Shown: positions 1 through 8,659, counted from the stretch's first letter. The stretch: DNA of 39,827 nt from a virus (IMGVR_UViG_3300015262_000002:1-39827), one strand, 5' to 3'. Numbers and translations are program-made. Notes: generated by a model from the letters alone, not told the origin.

Positions 1-219
1 ATGGACCAAGAGATTCTTCTACGTCATGCTAGTCAACGACAACCTCACACTTGTCAAGGACAGAGTTTGAATTTCTACGTACCAGAAGATGGTAGTGAGG
101 ATCTGATTGCCACGCTGCTTACCAAGCTGTTGTTGGATGACAACGTAATCAGTCAATACTATATTTATTCACGTTCTGGTGTTGTTGTCAAGGATGAGTG
201 TATTTCCTGTGCTGCTTAA
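1..219 (+). CDS. nrdA: Ribonucleotide reductase class Ia alpha subunit, C-terminal part (gene begins before window)
   Basis: Q-G-Q-S-L-N motif, YY-x-x-x-R-like segment and terminal C-I-S-C redox pair; followed by a terminator. Confidence 0.8.
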   Translation: MDQEILLRHASQRQPHTCQGQSLNFYVPEDGSEDLIATLLTKLLLDDNVISQYYIYSRSGVVVKDECISCAA

Positions 220-225
220 CTGAAT

Positions 226-247
226 AGCCCGCTTCGGCGGGCTTTTT
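226..247 (+). terminator. Rho-independent terminator
   Basis: AGCCCGC-TTCG-GCGGGCT then TTTT. Confidence 0.9.
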
Positions 248-399
248 CACACCTGTAATTTGACGACGAACGGTAGTAGACAACCTAACGTATACCACCT
301 ATTATTGGAATCACACGGAAGGGGGAAGGCAAAGAAGCCAAGCTGACGAGTAATTGCGAAAGCGTAATTTCTTACAATCCAGTTTTCTAGGTGAATAAC

Positions 400-603
400 A
401 TGAGTAAAAACAAGGTGGTGAGTCGAGTCAGCGCGGTTGTGGGTAGTGACATTCGTCACGTGTACACAGCGGACGGGGAACAACTGCTTGGAATGATCCT
501 GAAGATGGGACGTGGAAAATACCGCGTACTACGGATGGACGGGAAAGAACGCACCAAAGAAACGCTCACAGAAGCGTTTAAAACCATTCGTAGGGCCAAC
601 TAA
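400..603 (+). CDS. Hypothetical basic protein
   Basis: AGGTG SD before ATG 400. Confidence 0.7.
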   Translation: MSKNKVVSRVSAVVGSDIRHVYTADGEQLLGMILKMGRGKYRVLRMDGKERTKETLTEAFKTIRRAN

Positions 604-619
604 TAAATAGGAGTATTAC

Positions 620-898
620 ATGAACGAAGCGTATGAAGTCGAGCTGACAGACGTGGAAGCAAGCTTCATTCCTACACCATTCACCGTTGTCTTGGGAGTG
701 GAACGACAAACCACTTTCAAGGTTGACAATGATGAAAAGGTTCAAGGGTTTACAGACGTTGAATGGCAAGTGATTTACGCTCGTGCAATGGTTGCAGACA
801 GATGGACGATCTTACCACAAGATTTATACGATGAGATTGACGACAAGTATGGTGATCTGATAGGCGATAAGCTCTGGCGTCTAACCTTGTCCGTGTGA
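620..898 (+). CDS. Hypothetical acidic protein
   Basis: AGGAG SD; ends before terminator. Confidence 0.75.
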   Translation: MNEAYEVELTDVEASFIPTPFTVVLGVERQTTFKVDNDEKVQGFTDVEWQVIYARAMVADRWTILPQDLYDEIDDKYGDLIGDKLWRLTLSV

Positions 899-914
899 TG
901 CTGAGTGTAAGATG

Positions 915-939
915 GCCCCGCATTGTCGGGGCTTTTCTT
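915..939 (+). terminator. Rho-independent terminator
   Basis: GCCCCG-CATTGT-CGGGGC then TTTTCTT. Confidence 0.85.
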
Positions 940-955
940 CGTCTGTAGAAAGTGC

Positions 956-983
956 TTGACAAGGTGGTGTGCTCTGATAGAAT
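956..983 (+). promoter_or_regulatory. sigma70 promoter, 16-bp spacer
   Basis: TTGACA-N16-TAGAAT with TGn extension. Confidence 0.8.
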
Positions 984-1007
984 GACCACATCGAGAGGAG
1001 AAACACC

Positions 1008-1199
1008 ATGAAATGTGCATTCTGTGGATATGAAAATGGATGGGTCTGGGATGGTCCAGTAGGTCGTGAAGTGGTGGGTGCCCATGGTGAGTTCTACCAT
1101 CTGGTAACAGCTACCCGAAAGGTCAAGCACTCTGAGGAACACTGGCCTGTTGTGATGTGTCCTGTATATACCTGTCAACGCACCCAGTTGGAGACGTAA
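1008..1199 (+). CDS. Hypothetical protein with CxxC and C-terminal Cys (possible Zn binding)
   Basis: AGGAG SD; CAFC ... CPVYTC. Confidence 0.7.
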   Translation: MKCAFCGYENGWVWDGPVGREVVGAHGEFYHLVTATRKVKHSEEHWPVVMCPVYTCQRTQLET

Positions 1200-1388
1200 A
1201 TGAACCAGTTTGAAGAATTCTATGACATGTGTCAGGAAGCGATCGATCCTCACTTGATCCCACAAGGTCATGGTGGGTACTCGGTAACCCAAAACAGCCT
1301 GATTCCGAGCGTTGTTGAAAGCTTGGAATATCTCATTGAATTTTGGGTTGCCAACAGAGACAAAGAGGGTATAGACTTGTGTTTATGA
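1200..1388 (+). CDS. Hypothetical protein
   Basis: Abuts previous stop. Confidence 0.65.
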   Translation: MNQFEEFYDMCQEAIDPHLIPQGHGGYSVTQNSLIPSVVESLEYLIEFWVANRDKEGIDLCL

Positions 1389-1404
1389 TTAATGGAGCTG
1401 TGAA

Positions 1405-1653
1405 ATGATCCTCAATATGCAACAAGATGACACTCGTAAATGGGTTGCTTGTGTGGTAGCAGCAAGCGATGGTGTGCTGTCTGAGAACTTTAACAAAATG
1501 GTCAATGCTTCCGGTTGGGATGACAAACAAATTGACTTTCGTATCACCATGAATGGTGTTGAGTTCACCAACCTTGACGGTTTGTTTGACCGTCTACACA
1601 AACATTACACCGAACAGAACGAACGTATCGCTGAACTGGAGCGTGGACAATGA
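1405..1653 (+). CDS. Hypothetical protein
   Basis: GGAG SD; ATGA overlap with next ORF. Confidence 0.7.
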   Translation: MILNMQQDDTRKWVACVVAASDGVLSENFNKMVNASGWDDKQIDFRITMNGVEFTNLDGLFDRLHKHYTEQNERIAELERGQ

Positions 1654-1910
1654 ATCATCGTAACCAAGACCTAATCAACAAGAAGTGTGGACTGATTGAA
1701 AGCTTGGGTTTTGAAGTTTGGCATAATGACTCTGACTCATCATTTCAAACACAGAACACTACCTTCGAGGGGTTTGACTTCTCCGCAACAGCACCAGATG
1801 TACAGTCAATCCTTTACACAGCGTTGACTCACGTATACAATCTTGGCCTTGAGCAAGGTAAATCTCAGGTTCGACAAGATATAAAAGCAGCTTTTGGGAT
1901 TGGAGAATGA
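1650..1910 (+). CDS. Hypothetical protein
   Basis: ATGA-coupled ORF. Confidence 0.7.
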   Translation: MNHRNQDLINKKCGLIESLGFEVWHNDSDSSFQTQNTTFEGFDFSATAPDVQSILYTALTHVYNLGLEQGKSQVRQDIKAAFGIGE

Positions 1911-2116
1911 CTCATTTCATTGGTGTTGACCCTAAAGACGTGATCATTGAAGACCTGAAGCGTACACTTGGTAGTCTTGAACGAACGTTACGTGCAGCTG
2001 GTGCAATTGATATGCAGATGTACCACAACTCTCGCGATGGTCAATTGGCTTCTGAGTTCATCAAAATGGCAAATGCAGCTCGTGCATCACTAGATTTTGC
2101 GGAGAGTTTGAAATGA
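1907..2116 (+). CDS. Hypothetical protein
   Basis: ATGA-coupled ORF. Confidence 0.7.
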   Translation: MTHFIGVDPKDVIIEDLKRTLGSLERTLRAAGAIDMQMYHNSRDGQLASEFIKMANAARASLDFAESLK

Positions 2117-2340
2117 GTAAGAAAGCACAGATTAAACGTAGCTGGGTTGTCTATCCACCAAACTACAGTTGGCAACAGAATGATCCTTATTATTACATAC
2201 CTTTCCTTAAAGATGCATGGAACAAAGCCTGCTCATTAGGTGAAGGTGCTGAAGTGGTTGAGCGGATTGAACAAACTTATCGAGACGGAGCATGGTCTTC
2301 GTCCGGTGGTCGGTCTTACACAGTGGAGAAACGGAAATGA
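2113..2340 (+). CDS. Hypothetical protein
   Basis: ATGA-coupled ORF. Confidence 0.7.
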   Translation: MSKKAQIKRSWVVYPPNYSWQQNDPYYYIPFLKDAWNKACSLGEGAEVVERIEQTYRDGAWSSSGGRSYTVEKRK

Positions 2341-2486
2341 ATCGTAATTACGTAGCCAAGCACATGAACACGTACAACCGTGCCAGTGTAGAGCTTGACA
2401 AACGGGATAAGTATCTACAAGAAGCTTATGAAAAAGAAATGGAAGGTGAATTTGAGGATGAGCAAGATGATCGCATTCCTGAATGA
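2337..2486 (+). CDS. Small hypothetical protein (MNRNYVAKH...)
   Basis: ATGA overlap at 2337; start trimmed from track. Confidence 0.65.
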   Translation: MNRNYVAKHMNTYNRASVELDKRDKYLQEAYEKEMEGEFEDEQDDRIPE

Positions 2487-2661
2487 GTATGGATACCCAA
2501 TAATGTTCTTTGAACTGTTACTTACCGTCGCGGTTGTGCTGTACCATCGTAATCGCAAGGTAACCAAGGAAGACAATGATGTTATCTTGGCGAGTGTATC
2601 CAAACGAAGTGAAAGCTTCCTAATGAATCGAACTGAAAGTAAATGGGGAACTGGTGATTAA
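2458..2661 (+). CDS. Hypothetical single-TM protein
   Basis: GAGG SD before ATG 2458; hydrophobic segment. Confidence 0.6.
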   Translation: MSKMIAFLNEYGYPIMFFELLLTVAVVLYHRNRKVTKEDNDVILASVSKRSESFLMNRTESKWGTGD

Positions 2662-2846
2662 TGGCTATTTTTGGATATGTTGTTTACATGATAGTAGTTG
2701 GTTGGATCAGTCTGATTACGCTAGCTGTATTCTCGTGGCCTTCAGCTAAACGTTGGGATGGCGAGCGTACAGCATTGATCATGGTGTTCCTCTTGGTTTG
2801 GACTGGTGCTGTGCATTGGTGGCCTTTTACAGTGACTGTCAGTTGA
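2661..2846 (+). CDS. Small two-TM membrane protein
   Basis: TAATG overlap; two hydrophobic stretches. Confidence 0.7.
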   Translation: MAIFGYVVYMIVVGWISLITLAVFSWPSAKRWDGERTALIMVFLLVWTGAVHWWPFTVTVS

Positions 2847-3215
2847 ATGAGAACAGCAACGTTATACTCGACTGAGCAGCGTAAGGTACGTGTCTATGGT
2901 GGATACCTTCCTTACCATGTTCGTGGCCCAATACGCGCTATAAACTCTGACGATATCTTTGAGAAGGACGAGGTGAGTACTGTTCATCACCTACCTATTG
3001 AACGTTGGGTATTCGACGGTAATGAGTTCTTTATCGCACTTGACCCAACACTACGAGACATCGTAGACTCAATGATTGCTACATCTGAAAAAGCTGTACG
3101 TGATATTTGTCATGTGAGAATTGCTAGGTTAGATCATGAAATAAACCTGTTGCAATCCCGTACAATATGGTCTATGATCTGTTCCAAGTTTAAGAGGAAG
3201 AAACAAAATGTCTAA
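2847..3215 (+). CDS. Hypothetical protein
   Basis: Packed ORF in operon. Confidence 0.7.
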   Translation: MRTATLYSTEQRKVRVYGGYLPYHVRGPIRAINSDDIFEKDEVSTVHHLPIERWVFDGNEFFIALDPTLRDIVDSMIATSEKAVRDICHVRIARLDHEINLLQSRTIWSMICSKFKRKKQNV

Positions 3216-3606
3216 AGTAATCATGGGTGAGATTGGCATCACTCGGAATAGTAACGGGTTCGTCTACATTCGAATTGAGGACAGTTCCAGTCATTCACAG
3301 TTCGTTGAGCTGAAGCTGACGTTGGAGCAGTTCGCTGAAGCGGTTACTGGGTTGCACACGTCAGATGTTGAGATGACTGTACGGAACCTCGACCGTGTTG
3401 GTAAACGTCGTGTACGTGAAGAACGTAGTGTGGTATGTCCACTTAATACATACAAGAAGGAAGAAATACGACAATGGATGGCAGATCATTGTCAAGAAGA
3501 AGGATGGGTGGTTGACGATTATCTTGGTAGTCAGAACTCAGTCAAATCGGTTGACGGTGGAACTCTTCTCAAGTATGCTGTCACCAAATACGTAGAGGTA
3601 CAGTAA
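3208..3606 (+). CDS. Hypothetical protein
   Basis: Packed ORF with GAGG SD. Confidence 0.75.
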   Translation: MSKVIMGEIGITRNSNGFVYIRIEDSSSHSQFVELKLTLEQFAEAVTGLHTSDVEMTVRNLDRVGKRRVREERSVVCPLNTYKKEEIRQWMADHCQEEGWVVDDYLGSQNSVKSVDGGTLLKYAVTKYVEVQ

Positions 3607-3607
3607 C

Positions 3608-3859
3608 ATGATTCTGTTAGCTAAAGCCGTTCTGATTGTAAGTATGATGCAAAATGCTGGTAATGCTACAGTAGGTAGTGAGAGCGTGTCAGTTGTCTCT
3701 AACATGGATGAATGTCGAGGTGTCATGATCGCCCACATGTCAACTAAAGGTGAGGTTATTGATGTGGCTAGTCAAACTGATTCTCTGAAGTTTACCCAAG
3801 TGAGTCCCGGTTGGATGACCAACAACATCAAGTATAAATTGACCTGTAAGGAGTTGTAA
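3608..3859 (+). CDS. Hypothetical protein with signal-peptide-like N-terminus
   Basis: MILLAKAVLIVSMMQNA; two Cys. Confidence 0.65.
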   Translation: MILLAKAVLIVSMMQNAGNATVGSESVSVVSNMDECRGVMIAHMSTKGEVIDVASQTDSLKFTQVSPGWMTNNIKYKLTCKEL

Positions 3860-3860
3860 C

Positions 3861-4262
3861 ATGGCCGCCAATCCACAACTGGTTAAAGAAATGGGAGTGA
3901 GTGAGAGCAATGTCCTACTCATCAATTCACTTCATGAACAACTTGAATACCTGATTGAGAATGCTGATTGTTCTGAAGACAGAAGTTGGACACATACACT
4001 TGTAGAGCGAGCAGAGTTCGAACTGCAACGTCTGTGGGGTTTCACACAAGACAGTTGGTATCACACATGGTGTAAAAGGCTCAGTGACCGCTTCAGGGAG
4101 GTTGACTACCTCGGTGCTGTGTATCGGTGTAGAGACACTGACAAAACCCGTACAATCGACGGCTGTGCGCTCCATAGTGGTGGTTTAATTGGTGTGGGTA
4201 ATGGCTTCATCGACTTCGGTGTTGTTGTTCGTATTGTAGGCAATCTTGAGAGGATAAATTGA
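3861..4262 (+). CDS. Hypothetical protein
   Basis: AAGGAG SD. Confidence 0.75.
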   Translation: MAANPQLVKEMGVSESNVLLINSLHEQLEYLIENADCSEDRSWTHTLVERAEFELQRLWGFTQDSWYHTWCKRLSDRFREVDYLGAVYRCRDTDKTRTIDGCALHSGGLIGVGNGFIDFGVVVRIVGNLERIN

Positions 4263-4534
4263 TGTTGAAAGTAAGTGTGGAACGTACCGGTATTAAACCT
4301 GTGTTTGAAGTAGGTGAGCTTGTTGAACTGGACATGTCGCTGCATGAAGAAGGTAAGAGTTATGTCGTGCTCGTTACCAAAGCACCATCCCACACATCAA
4401 CAACGTTGTTCGGTGGTACTGTTGTGCAGTGTGATAAAGATGGTAATGACATCTTTGTTGGTGATCATAGTAACAACTTCTCACGACATGCGTTCATCAA
4501 GTTCGTTGGTCGATTGACAATGGTGAGTTCGTGA
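4259..4534 (+). CDS. Hypothetical protein
   Basis: Overlap-coupled ORF. Confidence 0.7.
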   Translation: MMLKVSVERTGIKPVFEVGELVELDMSLHEEGKSYVVLVTKAPSHTSTTLFGGTVVQCDKDGNDIFVGDHSNNFSRHAFIKFVGRLTMVSS

Positions 4535-4677
4535 GGCGAGAAAAGCGTTGGACGTTCTTATGGCTCGAATACGAACGTATTGGTTGGGTTGAAGAACTGA
4601 CGTTGTTCGGCTTTACTTTGTATCGTCGATCAGGTAGTCTTATCGAACTTCTTGGATTCCATTGGGTGCAGAAATGA
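4531..4677 (+). CDS. Small hypothetical protein, 48 aa (not in track)
   Basis: GTGA overlap at start, ATGA overlap at end; fills gap. Confidence 0.55.
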   Translation: MRREKRWTFLWLEYERIGWVEELTLFGFTLYRRSGSLIELLGFHWVQK

Positions 4678-4991
4678 CATTAGATGAACAGCTTGAAGCT
4701 AAAGGTTTTGCTACAATTGCTGAACGCCTGAAGTGTGAGCAACCATTAGATGTATTTGCTCGTCACGTTGGTGTACATACACTCGAAGACTTCGTTAAAT
4801 GGATTGAGGTGGAACGTCGAACATACATGGAGATGGTTGCACGTCATGATTTAGAGATTCGTGATTTGAATGACGACATTGCTGACTTTGTACTTGGTAA
4901 GAGTGCTATCCTATGGGAAGTTCATGTTAACCTGTTGCACGTATTGAAAGGAATGCAAGATGGAGTTCGACCGCAAACAAGAACTAATTGA
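4674..4991 (+). CDS. Hypothetical protein
   Basis: ATGA-coupled start at 4674. Confidence 0.7.
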   Translation: MTLDEQLEAKGFATIAERLKCEQPLDVFARHVGVHTLEDFVKWIEVERRTYMEMVARHDLEIRDLNDDIADFVLGKSAILWEVHVNLLHVLKGMQDGVRPQTRTN

Positions 4992-5139
4992 GTTTCTACG
5001 TGAGAACTTGGTTATCACTATTGGTCGTTATGAAGAGTATTATAGCAACCCTCATCTTGAGGTTAACTTAATCTTAGATGGTGAAACGATCAGTACCTCA
5101 ACATGCACAATTTATGATGGTGATCGAAATGAAGGCTGA
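4960..5139 (+). CDS. Hypothetical protein, 59 aa (MEFDRKQELIEFLREN..., not in track)
   Basis: AAGGA SD; fills gap. Confidence 0.65.
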   Translation: MEFDRKQELIEFLRENLVITIGRYEEYYSNPHLEVNLILDGETISTSTCTIYDGDRNEG

Positions 5140-5419
5140 TACGGTCGATAAAGTACTGAACATCATTGAAAGTCTTTACCCTGACTTCAAAGAGTATGCT
5201 GACAATGAACAGTTCCACTACTGGATGGAGTATGCGTGTGAACTTGATGAGCTTATGTTTCTGGCTGGTGAAGTAGATAAAGATTACATTGACTATTTGA
5301 ACAAGCGTATATTTATGTTATCCAGTAATAAACCAGAGCATCAAGCATGTACTGACGTTGCTAGTACATTGGAAGAAGCAATACCATCTAAATTTAAAGG
5401 AGTGTTTGTATATGAATGA
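5129..5419 (+). CDS. Hypothetical protein
   Basis: Start trimmed to MKADTV. Confidence 0.65.
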   Translation: MKADTVDKVLNIIESLYPDFKEYADNEQFHYWMEYACELDELMFLAGEVDKDYIDYLNKRIFMLSSNKPEHQACTDVASTLEEAIPSKFKGVFVYE

Positions 5420-5636
5420 AGTTGAAACCAACGTGACCTACAAGGTCCGTATCTCTTACAAGAGTGGTTATGTCCTTGATGGGTGGTTTGATAAGATGGA
5501 CATTAAGTCTAGTGGTGGGGCTATTACCAGTGTTGAGTGGAAGGTTTCAGCATCTGAGAACATGAAGATCCTGCACCTTGGTGTTGATCAAATTGAATCT
5601 ATTATTCAAATCGATGTTAAAGATAAAGTTGAATAG
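5412..5636 (+). CDS. Hypothetical protein
   Basis: AAGGAG SD before ATG 5412. Confidence 0.7.
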   Translation: MNEVETNVTYKVRISYKSGYVLDGWFDKMDIKSSGGAITSVEWKVSASENMKILHLGVDQIESIIQIDVKDKVE

Positions 5637-5640
5637 TTAG

Positions 5641-5669
5641 TTGCAAACTAAGTAATACTCTTGTAGTAT
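5641..5669 (+). promoter_or_regulatory. sigma70-like promoter
   Basis: TTGCAA-N17-TAGTAT. Confidence 0.6.
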
Positions 5670-5704
5670 AACACATCAAATCAAAGTATTAGTAAGGAAA
5701 TAGA

Positions 5705-5854
5705 ATGAACAATGTAACTCGCTTCCCAAACACTCGTCGTAAACTTGATTGGAAGCAAGAGGAACAGTTGAACACTGGTAAGAAGCGTGATCAACAACGT
5801 CGGGATGATCGTAAGGTTGGTCGGCAAGTTAAAGCAATTGGTGAAGAAGAGTAA
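5705..5854 (+). CDS. Small charged protein, 49 aa (not in track)
   Basis: AAGGA SD; own promoter and terminator. Confidence 0.7.
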   Translation: MNNVTRFPNTRRKLDWKQEEQLNTGKKRDQQRRDDRKVGRQVKAIGEEE

Positions 5855-5870
5855 AAGATAATAACTAAAG

Positions 5871-5897
5871 AGCCCGCCATTGAGCGGGCTTTCTTTC
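5871..5897 (+). terminator. Rho-independent terminator
   Basis: AGCCCGC-CATTGA-GCGGGCT then TTCTTTC. Confidence 0.85.
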
Positions 5898-6064
5898 ATC
5901 TTCAATTTGTAAACCAAGTTTTGGATTTGATAGAGTATTTTGAGTTTCTATTTTTGGCCTAAAAATCCCCTACACCCCCTTTTTCAATATTGGGAAAGTA
6001 GTTTTCGATTTGGGTATTTTCAGAAATTCACTGGTAGGAAATTTGAATTGGAAACGACATGAAA

Positions 6065-6079
6065 TGATAATCATTCTCA
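6065..6079. promoter_or_regulatory. Fur-box-like 7-1-7 site
   Basis: TGATAAT-C-ATTCTCA, one mismatch to TGATAATnATTATCA. Confidence 0.5.
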
Positions 6080-6473
6080 TATGAGATAGGGAGTGAGACG
6101 GATTCGCATTTAGAACCTTGAATGTTTCTCATTCCTATTCTAAAAACAGGTTGCGTTTGTATCATCCACACTTCGACCTTCGGAATCCCGACGACAATTG
6201 AATACTACAGTGAGTTTAGCACGTATACAACACTTATTTTAATGCGTGTTGACAATCATTTGCATTCGTAGAATGACACCCACTCTCCTTGTTTGTCTCC
6301 AGTGCTCGACGTTCCTTCGTCTGCGTTGCCTGCTGTGTATGATTATATACCAGCTGCAAAACAATACAAGCGCTTTCTCTAAATCTTTTAACCTTGACAG
6401 CTTTTGAAAAGTGTGCTATTCGCACGCGCCCGTCTCCTCATATTGCAGTGTGAAAAGAATTTGAAATAAGGTG

Positions 6474-6501
6474 TTGACTCCTTCTCTAAATGCTGTAGAC
6501 T
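6474..6501 (+). promoter_or_regulatory. Early promoter, 16-bp spacer
   Basis: TTGACT-N16-TAGACT. Confidence 0.75.
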
Positions 6502-6542
6502 TCACCTTATCGAAAGCAAACAAGCTTAAGGAATCGGAAAAA

Positions 6543-6938
6543 ATGAACATTACAGAACAGCAAATCCAATCGTTTATTGAAGGCTATTTGACAGCAGCAC
6601 TCTGGTCGTCTACCGATACCTTGAACGGTGAAGATGTCAACCTTGATGACTTCGAATGGGCAGATGGTGAGGCTGAGAAGCTGCACGCGGATTGCCGCGA
6701 CTTCATTGCAGCCAATGCTGTAGACTTGTGGGCATACCCCGATCACTACACACCAGCAAGTGGATACGACGTGTGGGAATGTATGGGTCATGACTTCTGG
6801 CTTACTCGTAATGGTCATGGTGCTGGCTTTTGGGATCGTGGTTTGGGTGATATTGGTGACCGTCTGACAGCGGCAAGCAAAGTGTATGGTGGTGTCGATT
6901 TGTATTTGGGCGATGATGAATTGGTTTACGTCAGCTAA
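6543..6938 (+). CDS. Acidic early phage protein (GHDFWLTRNGHGAGFWDRG motif), function unknown
   Basis: AAGGA SD; first ORF behind module promoter. Confidence 0.8.
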   Translation: MNITEQQIQSFIEGYLTAALWSSTDTLNGEDVNLDDFEWADGEAEKLHADCRDFIAANAVDLWAYPDHYTPASGYDVWECMGHDFWLTRNGHGAGFWDRGLGDIGDRLTAASKVYGGVDLYLGDDELVYVS

Positions 6939-6946
6939 ATAAACCC

Positions 6947-6974
6947 TTGACCATTCTCTAAATGTCTGTAGAAT
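6947..6974 (+). promoter_or_regulatory. Early promoter, 16-bp spacer, inside an 11-bp inverted repeat
   Basis: TTGACC-N16-TAGAAT; TTGACCATTCT/AGAATGGTCAA. Confidence 0.8.
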
Positions 6975-7009
6975 GGTCAACACCAACCAAGCAAACAGGA
7001 TTTACGAAC

Positions 7010-7192
7010 ATGAAAACCTTGATTCTCAATGATGAACAACACGCTTTGCTTGTCTCTCTTTTGCAGGGTGACATTCTGGAAACAGAACAAATGATTGACG
7101 ACCATCAAGAAAACCTTATGGTTACAAAAGAAGAATTGCAAGAATACCTTGCACGTTCTGAAGAACTTCTGAAACTGGTAGAAGGAATCTAA
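7010..7192 (+). CDS. Hypothetical helical protein
   Basis: AGGA SD; start trimmed. Confidence 0.7.
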   Translation: MKTLILNDEQHALLVSLLQGDILETEQMIDDHQENLMVTKEELQEYLARSEELLKLVEGI

Positions 7193-7193
7193 C

Positions 7194-7502
7194 ATGAAAG
7201 CTTCCGAACTGTTGACACTAGGTCTTGAAAACTATAAGATTGGCTCTTTCATGTGTCATGAACTTGACTATCTTGAAGCGCAAGGTGAGGGTAGAAGTGA
7301 CGCACACTTGTATCTGCATTATAAGATCCAAGGTTTACTAGCGCCGCATGATACAATTGTTTTACACAACCTGTTGCGTTACACTAACAAGAAATACGAA
7401 GGGTATAACAAGCGTTATGGTCACAACTGTCAAGCCTGTTACAAAATGCGTGTTGCATTCTGGCGTGATATGATTGTAGAATTGAAAGAACAAGGTTTGT
7501 AA
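7194..7502 (+). CDS. Hypothetical protein
   Basis: Packed ORF. Confidence 0.7.
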   Translation: MKASELLTLGLENYKIGSFMCHELDYLEAQGEGRSDAHLYLHYKIQGLLAPHDTIVLHNLLRYTNKKYEGYNKRYGHNCQACYKMRVAFWRDMIVELKEQGL

Positions 7503-7537
7503 ACCCCCATTAACAATTAGACAGAAAGAGTAAGACA

Positions 7538-7921
7538 ATGCAACAAGTTAAAGGAATGCCGCTAGTAGATTTTGAATGCTTAGTTGCTCGCAAGTATCGC
7601 GACAAAGTAACAAGTTCAAAGACTCGCAACATTGAATTTAAACTGTCATTGAATGAGTTCCGACAGTTGCTTATGCGTAAGAATTGCGCGTATACCGGTA
7701 TTCCACTGACGTTGCACACACAAGGCAACCAATCTAATACTGACTTGTCAATTGAACGTGTTGACAACAGTCGTGGGTATGTCAAGGGAAATGTTATTTC
7801 CGTTTGTCATGCTGCAAACAATATCAAAAGTGTGTTTGAAGATCCTAGTACTTTCTTGACTGTTAAAGATGCGGTTAAGATGTTCGCCAGTATTGAAAAG
7901 ATGACAACACAGCTAAAATAA
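7538..7921 (+). CDS. HNH-like fold protein resembling T4 Srd-type proteins
   Basis: CAYTG ... SIERVDNSRGYVKGNV ... C-H-x-A-N-x-x-K. Confidence 0.55.
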   Translation: MQQVKGMPLVDFECLVARKYRDKVTSSKTRNIEFKLSLNEFRQLLMRKNCAYTGIPLTLHTQGNQSNTDLSIERVDNSRGYVKGNVISVCHAANNIKSVFEDPSTFLTVKDAVKMFASIEKMTTQLK

Positions 7922-7924
7922 TCG

Positions 7925-7952
7925 TTGACACACTGATTCAATGCTGTAGAAT
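7925..7952 (+). promoter_or_regulatory. Early promoter, 16-bp spacer
   Basis: TTGACA-N16-TAGAAT. Confidence 0.8.
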
Positions 7953-7999
7953 CAACCAAATAAACCAAACCACTAACCATTTGTTAAGGATTAACCGTA

Positions 8000-8128
8000 A
8001 TGACTTTGTTCTTCAAGAGCCGCACACTTGCCCGTCAATTCACTAGCATCAACGGCAAGGTGGTTGACCATGGTACGGACGCGCCTGTAGGTCGCCGCTG
8101 GGGCTTCCTGATCAATAAGGTAGTGTGA
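8000..8128 (+). CDS. Small protein, 42 aa (MTLFFKSRTLARQF..., not in track)
   Basis: TAAGGA SD behind promoter. Confidence 0.7.
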   Translation: MTLFFKSRTLARQFTSINGKVVDHGTDAPVGRRWGFLINKVV

Positions 8129-8131
8129 CCC

Positions 8132-8500
8132 ATGACTATCAAAAGTATCGTAGTATCAACAAAACCTTTCAAGTTTAACGTTGGTGACCAACTGTTCACT
8201 TGTGAGTTCTTCGGCGGTAAAACGCTAACTGTTCTTTCACCGGTTGAAATTAACGGCGGGATTGAAAAGGTCAAAGTCTTGTGTACTGGCTCTGACAAGT
8301 GTTACTCGTTTTGTGTTGGTCGTGAAGACTACATTTTTCCGGGTGATTTAGGTGTGCCGGGTTTTGCATATGATGACCGTAAATGCAGCCTGTTCCGTAG
8401 CAAGAAAGCAGCAGACGCACATGCAGGTGTTTATTCCAAATGGCTTGATCGAAACCCTGTTGATCTGGGTGAGTCATATTTTGGTCACTGGTACGACTAA
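8132..8500 (+). CDS. Hypothetical protein
   Basis: ORF ending before terminator. Confidence 0.7.
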   Translation: MTIKSIVVSTKPFKFNVGDQLFTCEFFGGKTLTVLSPVEINGGIEKVKVLCTGSDKCYSFCVGREDYIFPGDLGVPGFAYDDRKCSLFRSKKAADAHAGVYSKWLDRNPVDLGESYFGHWYD

Positions 8501-8519
8501 CAGAACAAAGTATGTAATG

Positions 8520-8542
8520 AGCCCCGCTTTGTCGGGGTTTTT
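8520..8542 (+). terminator. Rho-independent terminator
   Basis: AGCCCCG-CTTTGT-CGGGGTT then TTT. Confidence 0.85.
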
Positions 8543-8580
8543 CATTGCCTGAAATAAATGCAAATCTTTGAAAATAGTTG

Positions 8581-8608
8581 TTTACTCGTTTTCTAAACGT
8601 TGTAGAAT
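8581..8608 (+). promoter_or_regulatory. Early promoter, 16-bp spacer
   Basis: TTTACT-N16-TAGAAT. Confidence 0.7.
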
Positions 8609-8659
8609 AGGCGTCAAGAAAGGGGAAAAGCCTCTTTCACCACTAAAGAGACTAAGAAC

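Noticed and set aside
343-361. CTGACGAG-N6-CGAAA resembles a hammerhead ribozyme core
   Set aside because: Stem II would be only 2 bp, and no matching stem I/III with an NUH site could be built from the flanks
6249-6274. TTGACA...TAGAAT promoter-like pair
   Set aside because: Spacer is only 14 bp; possibly a decayed family member
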